Positions 58,265 to 64,000 of a DNA stretch of 64,000 nt are shown piece after piece. The notes beneath the pieces were generated by a model. It was given only the letters and a program-made list of their open reading frames with translations, had not been told where the DNA came from and ran no database searches. Source of the DNA: Acidobacteriota bacterium (GTDB lineage Bacteria > Acidobacteriota > CAIWXX01). The number at the start of each line of letters is the position of its first letter. Position 1 is the stretch's first letter. The position numbers and the translations under genes were made by a program. The stretch lies in the NCBI GenBank assembly GCA_040755995.1, contig JBFMAF010000023.1, forward strand, positions 224,001-288,000, written 5' to 3'.

Positions 58265-59473
58265 TCACCAGGGAATCCCCCTGATCGCGTCTACAACGTG
58301 CATCCGGGCAGCTCGAACGGCCGGCGCGAGACCGCCGAGGGCGCCGAGCAGCAACGACAAAAGGAAGCTCCCGGCGAGGAGCGCGGGAGTCACGCGCATT
58401 TCGTAGACGACCGCGGTCATGCTCGTCTGGCTGAGGAGCGCCTTCTGGATCCCGTTGAACTGTGCCGCCAGTAGACATCCGAGAATGCCTCCCGTGCCGC
58501 TCAGAAGGAGCGCCTCAACGAGGAACGCAGCCAGTACGGCCGTGCTGCTGAATCCGATCGCGCGGAGAACGCCGATCTCGCGCAGGCGGCCGGAGGCGGC
58601 CGCAAACAGAGTATTCGCGATGGCGAAGACCGCACCGGCCCCCATCAGAACGCCGAGCACGGCTGCCGCGAAGCGAATCTCGCGAGCATGCCGCGAGTAC
58701 TCGCCGAAGACTTCCGGCTCTCGGCGCGCATCCACGTCGCTTCCGGTGGCAATGGTCTCCATGATGCTCTGAACATCCTGCGGGCCGGCGTCGTCGGCCA
58801 CCCGGAGTCGCACGGAGTTCAAGAATGGGCGGCGGTAGCTGTCCATGATCATCACGTAGTCCCCCCACAGCTCGCTCTCCCGAACGCTCCCTGTGTCGCC
58901 GTCCTGTCCGCTGATCGCAAATACACCCACGATCTCGAACCGGTCTCCAATGCCGCTCCCGATCATCACCCTGTCGCGGGGCGCCAACCCTTCGAACCAG
59001 CGGCTAGCCGCGCGCCCTACGATGAGCTCACGGCGCCCTTGTTCGAACAGGCGGCCGTTTACGATGCGGATGCCGGGAATCATCCGGCGGACTTGCCGCC
59101 ATTCCAGTCCCCGGACGGCGATGTTCGTGCGCTCCGCGCCCTGCCGCCCCCGCGGCAGAACCGCCACGTAGCCTGTGCACTCCGGACTCATAACCGGTGT
59201 CCCGTCGGGGTGGCGGGCGAGGTGGGGGAGGCTCGCGAGAGGGCCCAGCGCCGTGAGGGGTATGGCGCTGGCTGCTTCAGCTCTTGCGCGTTTCGACTTC
59301 ACCACCAGGACGCGCGGGTCGCCGGCATCCACGAGAGTGTGATCGAGACCGCGAGCCAGCGACAGGACCAGCGTGAGCATCGTCACGACACCGACGACCA
59401 CGAGGAGGTGAATCGCGGTGGCAGTTCGGCGATTCCACAAGTGGCGAAGAGTATAGACGAGGGGGATGCGCAT
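58265..59473 (-). CDS. ABC permease, MacB/FtsX family
   Basis: 'R.REIGVLRAIGF', 'PA.RAAR....DA.R'. Confidence 0.9.
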   Translation of the reverse strand: MRIPLVYTLRHLWNRRTATAIHLLVVVGVVTMLTLVLSLARGLDHTLVDAGDPRVLVVKSKRARAEAASAIPLTALGPLASLPHLARHPDGTPVMSPECTGYVAVLPRGRQGAERTNIAVRGLEWRQVRRMIPGIRIVNGRLFEQGRRELIVGRAASRWFEGLAPRDRVMIGSGIGDRFEIVGVFAISGQDGDTGSVRESELWGDYVMIMDSYRRPFLNSVRLRVADDAGPQDVQSIMETIATGSDVDARREPEVFGEYSRHAREIRFAAAVLGVLMGAGAVFAIANTLFAAASGRLREIGVLRAIGFSSTAVLAAFLVEALLLSGTGGILGCLLAAQFNGIQKALLSQTSMTAVVYEMRVTPALLAGSFLLSLLLGALGGLAPAVRAARMHVVDAIRGIPW

Positions 59474-59478
59474 GATCG

Positions 59479-60717
59479 TCAGCCAGCGTCTCTCAACACA
59501 TCGACCGGGTTGCTCCGCGCCGCCATGAGCGCAGGCGGAATGGTGGAGAGCAATCCGATGATCGCGGAGATGCATAGAGCGGCGATGACGGAACGCGCGT
59601 CGATCCGGAGTCGCGTCAGCTCGAAGATGCTGGGGGAAATCCCCCGGGCTGCCGCCGTCTCGATGTCACCGCCCGCCTCCTCAGCTCCCGAATGAACTCC
59701 GGCGATGGAAGACAGTATGCCGGTATTGCACAGAGCCGCCGGAAGCATGGAGCCGGCCGCGCCGGCGGCCAGGGCAAGAAGCAGGCCTTCCGATAGGAGC
59801 AGTATGAAGATGCGGGCACTGGAAAACCCAACCGCTCTCATCACCCCGAACTCATGCATTCTCTGCCGGATTCCGATGCCGAGGCTGTCGGCGGCCGCGA
59901 GACTTGTAACTGCAACGGCCAGCCCGGCGATTCCCAGCAGCAGGCCGGCTACGGGCGTTCCGGAAAAGAGCATGTCTCTGAGCAGGGTGTCCTCGTGCTG
60001 CGTCCGGGTGGGATGCGCCGAATCTGCGAACAGCCGGTCGATCTCCCGGGCGGTGTCGTCCAGGTCTCCAAGGGTGCGGCATCGAACGAATACCACGTTG
60101 GACCCGGCTGACATCGGGTAGCGTAGATTCTCATGGCACGCTTCCAGATAGTCTTTCCGAAGGATCAACGCATAATCGTAGTACATTTCGGGAATGATGC
60201 CGGCGATCAGGAGCTCTACGCGTGCAAAAGGCGGCATAGTCCCCGTTACCGAGACCAGGTCGCCCGGCTTCCAACCGTAGTAGCCGGCGGTCATGCGCCC
60301 GACCAGGGCCGCCCGGCGTTCTCGGATCCACGCCTCCCGAGCCTCGATCGGCAAAGCCAGATCCGGATGGGTCCTGAGGAGCCCGTCGGCATCTACGGCG
60401 ATACCCGGGATGTTCAGCTTCTCTGTTCCCACGCTGCCACCGAACCATCGCAGCCGGCAGACACCCGCTATGCGAAGGGACTTCGGATCCATCTCCTCTA
60501 TCTTCCGCCGGCAGCTGTCGGGGAGAAGCTCGGCGAAGCTGGTCCGGTGCTGAACGAGCAGGCGGGCCTGGACAGCCATGCGATCCATGGTCTGCTCAGC
60601 CAGCCGGCTCACGGCCAGTGCGACGACGAGGATGGCACATGGGGCGGCGATGGTCAGCGCGGTCAATATTGAGCGAATGGGATTGCGCGCCAGGTTCCAG
60701 AGGATCAGCCGATGCAT
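59479..60717 (-). CDS. ABC permease, MacB/FtsX family
   Basis: 'NL.RN..RS.LT', 'R..EFGVMRAVGF', 'PPA..AAR..PVD.LR'. Confidence 0.9.
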   Translation of the reverse strand: MHRLILWNLARNPIRSILTALTIAAPCAILVVALAVSRLAEQTMDRMAVQARLLVQHRTSFAELLPDSCRRKIEEMDPKSLRIAGVCRLRWFGGSVGTEKLNIPGIAVDADGLLRTHPDLALPIEAREAWIRERRAALVGRMTAGYYGWKPGDLVSVTGTMPPFARVELLIAGIIPEMYYDYALILRKDYLEACHENLRYPMSAGSNVVFVRCRTLGDLDDTAREIDRLFADSAHPTRTQHEDTLLRDMLFSGTPVAGLLLGIAGLAVAVTSLAAADSLGIGIRQRMHEFGVMRAVGFSSARIFILLLSEGLLLALAAGAAGSMLPAALCNTGILSSIAGVHSGAEEAGGDIETAAARGISPSIFELTRLRIDARSVIAALCISAIIGLLSTIPPALMAARSNPVDVLRDAG

Positions 60718-60800
60718 GTCTCGATTGGATGAGCCGCCGGGGTCATAAGATCAGGACGGGCCCACCGATGCAGTTGATGCAAGATCTTCCGCCCGGTCGT

Positions 60801-62216
60801 TCACAGGTCCAGGCTCTTCTGCCGATCCCCCCCCATCCTGAGCCTGCGTAGATGAGAGAGCGCGGCCTTGCCGGCCGCGCGAATCAGCGAGAGGGGTTGC
60901 ACGCGGAGGATCTGGTTAGCCAGGATCAGTTGGGGATCAATGTTGTAGAGCAGGAGTTGCCTCTGGAGGAGTCGCGAGAGCTCCTGGCAGCTCAGGTGCC
61001 GCGTACGGACGTTGCACGTGAATCCGTCGTAGGCGGAGAAGTCCTTCTCGTTCGCGACCAGCCCGGCGCTTATGAGCTCGTCGCGCAAGGGGGTTTTCGG
61101 ATAGGGTGTGAGGTACTGGGCGTAGATGAGATCCGGCTTCAGCCTCATTATTAGCTTGAAACCGGCCACAATCGATTCCCTCGTATCATCGGGGTAGCCG
61201 AAGATGCATCCGGCGATGACCGCTATGCCGTGCTTTCTGAGGAGCTCTGCCGCCTTCGCGTTGAGATCCGGGGTCGTCGGTTTCTTGAGGTCCCGAAGCG
61301 CTGCCGGATCCATCGTCTCGAACCCTACGAAGACGAGCCGGAACCTGGCGCGTTTCATGTCGCGCACCAGCTCCGGGTTACGGGCGATCCCCACGGCCGT
61401 CATTTGGGTTGTGTACCACATGCTGTTGAGTCGGTGATCGATGATCGCGCGGCACACCTTCGCAAAGTGATCGGGATCGTGCGTAATGTTGTCGTCGGCG
61501 AAAAAAACGGCGCGAGTGCCACGGGCCTTGACGGCCTCCAGGTCCGTGACTATGCGGGCTATCGGGAATGTCCTGAACTGGCTCCCGTACATCCGCGTGA
61601 TCGAGCAGAATCGGCAGAGATAGGGGCACCCGCGTGATGTTTCGGCGACATCCAGCTTGTTCCCCAGGATATGGTATCCGTCCGTCACGCGGCCGTCCCT
61701 GCGGGGCAGGGGCAGTCCATTCAGGGACGTCAGAGGCCTGTCCTCGTTGTGAGTCCACCGGCCGTCCTCGCTCTTGAAGCTCAATCCTCTGATGCTGCCG
61801 AAGTCCGCGCGGGGATTCTGCAGGCCGTCGACCAGCTCCCGGAGGGTGATTTCCCCTTCGCCGCGCACGACGAAATCCAGCAGGTCCGCGTCCATTTCGT
61901 CGGCCATCAGTGAGGGGTGGTAGCCTCCGGCGACAATGCGGATGGCCGGATCGACGCCGCGGATGAAGCGCGCGACGCGCAGGAGGCTGTCGTACTGGAA
62001 GGTCATCGCGCTGACTCCGACGACCTCAGGCCGGAAGTCACGCAGCAGCTTCTCGAGGTGCCGTCGCACGCGTGGCTTGACCGTCACCAGGTCGAAAACC
62101 TTCACATCATGTCCGGCGAGGTTGCCGGCCAGCGACACGAGAGCCAGGTTCGGCATCCTGGAGTAGTAATCGATGAGGCTGACGGTATCGGGCATGGCCA
62201 GCAAGAGAATCCTCAC
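60801..62216 (-). CDS. B12-binding radical SAM protein
   Basis: N-terminal cobalamin domain 'VAGGYHPS', 'SRGCPYLCRFC', 'FADDN'. Confidence 0.93.
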   Translation of the reverse strand: MRILLLAMPDTVSLIDYYSRMPNLALVSLAGNLAGHDVKVFDLVTVKPRVRRHLEKLLRDFRPEVVGVSAMTFQYDSLLRVARFIRGVDPAIRIVAGGYHPSLMADEMDADLLDFVVRGEGEITLRELVDGLQNPRADFGSIRGLSFKSEDGRWTHNEDRPLTSLNGLPLPRRDGRVTDGYHILGNKLDVAETSRGCPYLCRFCSITRMYGSQFRTFPIARIVTDLEAVKARGTRAVFFADDNITHDPDHFAKVCRAIIDHRLNSMWYTTQMTAVGIARNPELVRDMKRARFRLVFVGFETMDPAALRDLKKPTTPDLNAKAAELLRKHGIAVIAGCIFGYPDDTRESIVAGFKLIMRLKPDLIYAQYLTPYPKTPLRDELISAGLVANEKDFSAYDGFTCNVRTRHLSCQELSRLLQRQLLLYNIDPQLILANQILRVQPLSLIRAAGKAALSHLRRLRMGGDRQKSLDL

Positions 62217-62521
62217 GAATTGCCCTCCCCGGCCGTTCCGGGCGAATCGCCAGCGACGGTTACCGAAGTACTGCCCATCTCATGCCGTGCCATGCCCTCT
62301 CTTGGAGAGTATGTTTTCCCCTCCGAGTCATGTCAAGGGAATTGTCCTCGCCGGGCGCGTAGCAGTTCTGGGGGCGCAGTCAGACAGTCAGGACGGCGAG
62401 CTCGATATGCTATACTCGGCCATGGGCATGATCGTGGTGGTCTTCATCCGCCGAGAGATTACCACGATAGTCCCGGCGCTCCGCGCTCGATATGTTTTCG
62501 CGATCGAAACCGACTGAAGTG

Positions 62522-63625
62522 ATGATTGGAGTGAGGAAGGTGCGGAGTCCAGCCGACCTCCGGCTCTTTGTCAACCTTCCTTATCGGAAGTATGACGGCC
62601 ATCCGCACTGGATCCCACCGTTGCGTCTCCAAGAGCGCGCTCTGCTGAACCGGAAGCGTCACCCATTCTACAGGCACGCCATGGCCGACCTCTTCATTGC
62701 AGACGGAAACCGGGGCGCTGCCGGGCGAATAGCCTGCATTCAGGATTCCCGCCAGCATGAGTTGACCGGGCGGCGGACGGCGTCGTTTGGCTTCTTCGAA
62801 GCCGCCGACAAGGAGACGGCCCGGACGCTGCTCGATGCTGCGGAAGCGTGGGCGAAGGAGCGGGAATGCCAATCTCTCGTGGGACCGCTCAATCCCAGCC
62901 TCAACTACACCGCGGGGCTCCTGGTGGACGGGTTTTGCGAAGCGCCTTTCGTGCAAATGCCATACAATCCACCCGAGTATGCCGATTTCATCGAGGCTGC
63001 CGGCTTCCACAAGATCCGGGATCTCTACGCGTGGATCTGGGACATGAGAGTAGACCTCGGCGAGCAGATCCCACGGCTGGCGGAGTGGGGCCGGGACAGG
63101 TGCGAAATCAGAGAGGCACGGCCGAAGACACTCGCGGCGGATCTGAGAATTGTCCATGACATCTACAGCCAGGCCTGGGCGGGCAACTGGGGGTTTGTCG
63201 CGCCAAGCGCTGAGGAAGCGGCCGAAATCGCCGCTGAGATGAGCGCGGTTCTGGATCCGAAAGGAATCCTGTTTGCGATCGTCGACGGGCGGGCCGTGGG
63301 ATGCGCATTGCTCGTGCCAGACATCAACCAGGTTCTCAAGGGTACCCGCGGGCGGCTCAGCCTCCGCACGCTCTACCGGTTCTTCCGGCGCAAGCGGATC
63401 ATCGATCAGGGCCGGCTGGCTCTCCTAGGAATCGTCCCCGGGTACCGGCACCCGGGCCTCTACCCGCTCCTCCTCCTGGAGATCCACGCGCGGGCCAAGA
63501 GGGCAGGATACCGCCGGGTCGAGTTTTCCTGGATACTCGACAACAACCGCGACATTAACCGGCCTGCTGAGGAGATGGGATGCGTCCGGTACAAGACCTA
63601 TCGTCTGTACGCGAAGGATCTATGA
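62522..63625 (+). CDS. GNAT-fold acyltransferase, YghO / bacterial ceramide synthase-like
   Basis: 'F..LP...Y..HP.WIPPL', 'HPFY.HA', 'GRI', 'FGFFE', 'GP', 'GLLVDGF', 'MPYNP.Y', 'W..NWGF', 'SWIL..N', 'KTYR.Y'. Confidence 0.8.
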   Translation: MIGVRKVRSPADLRLFVNLPYRKYDGHPHWIPPLRLQERALLNRKRHPFYRHAMADLFIADGNRGAAGRIACIQDSRQHELTGRRTASFGFFEAADKETARTLLDAAEAWAKERECQSLVGPLNPSLNYTAGLLVDGFCEAPFVQMPYNPPEYADFIEAAGFHKIRDLYAWIWDMRVDLGEQIPRLAEWGRDRCEIREARPKTLAADLRIVHDIYSQAWAGNWGFVAPSAEEAAEIAAEMSAVLDPKGILFAIVDGRAVGCALLVPDINQVLKGTRGRLSLRTLYRFFRRKRIIDQGRLALLGIVPGYRHPGLYPLLLLEIHARAKRAGYRRVEFSWILDNNRDINRPAEEMGCVRYKTYRLYAKDL

Positions 63626-64000
63626 GCAGCCGTCAGAATGCGCGCCTCATGGCACTACTCATCTACCCCGAATTCTCCCCTTATAGCTTCTGGAATTACA
63701 AGGAAGTCTGCCGGTTGGTCGGTGCCAAGTACCCCGCGGCCCCTCTCGGACTGATCACGCTCGCCGCCCTTCTCCCGGAGTCCTGGCAGATGAAGCTCGT
63801 CGACATGAACACGACCGAGCTGCGTGACTCCGACATCGATGAGGCGGACCTGGTCTTCATCGGAGGCATGCTGCCCCAACAGGCGAATTTCTTGAGACTG
63901 ATCGACCGGGTACACGGGCGAGGAAAGAAGGTGGTCGCCGGCGGCCCCGACCCCACTTCCCAGCCGGAAATCTACCGTAGATCGGACTATCTCGTCCTGG
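63622..64000 (+). CDS. B12-binding radical SAM protein (HpnP/DUF4070-like), runs off the window
   Basis: Hand translation '...LLIYPEF...SFWNY...GAKYPAAPLGLITLAALLP.SW...LVDMN...VVAGGPDPTSQP'; ATGA overlap. Confidence 0.85.
   Translation, partial: MSSRQNARLMALLIYPEFSPYSFWNYKEVCRLVGAKYPAAPLGLITLAALLPESWQMKLVDMNTTELRDSDIDEADLVFIGGMLPQQANFLRLIDRVHGRGKKVVAGGPDPTSQPEIYRRSDYLVL

Overview
GC-rich bacterial chromosomal window. An Acidobacteriota-like host is inferred from gene content and is not proven. 0-21 kb is mostly core and envelope genes: folB, an RfaH/UpxY-type NusG paralogue, a partial EPS export operon (beta-barrel + Wzc) preceded by a perfect ops element, ftsEX, a transglycosylase, hutI, and ffs-dnaX-ybaB-recR-mglB-mglA. 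Degenerate 7/8-nt tandem repeats fill many of the spacers there. 21-29.4 kb is a kdpFABC operon with split KdpD, a sensor that stops before its ATPase domain, a coupled EIIA(Ntr), and no kdpE. 29.7-51.7 kb is an accessory island with a PAS-LuxR regulator, an ECF43-like sigma factor / Ser-Thr kinase pair, Calx-beta and CARDB secreted proteins, and outer-membrane barrel genes. Six copies of a YGGCCCC-N16-CGCGT promoter-like motif link these genes into a probable regulon, which is the best candidate for an undescribed system here. The island also carries diverged duplications and gene fragments. 51.7-56.4 kb is largely a mosaic of fragments joined at microhomologies, including pieces of a second kdp operon, around an intact PadR-polyferredoxin pair. 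56.5-64 kb holds an SDR, two ABC permeases, two B12 radical-SAM genes and a bCerS/YghO-like acyltransferase. All calls come from reading motifs by eye; no database searches were run.
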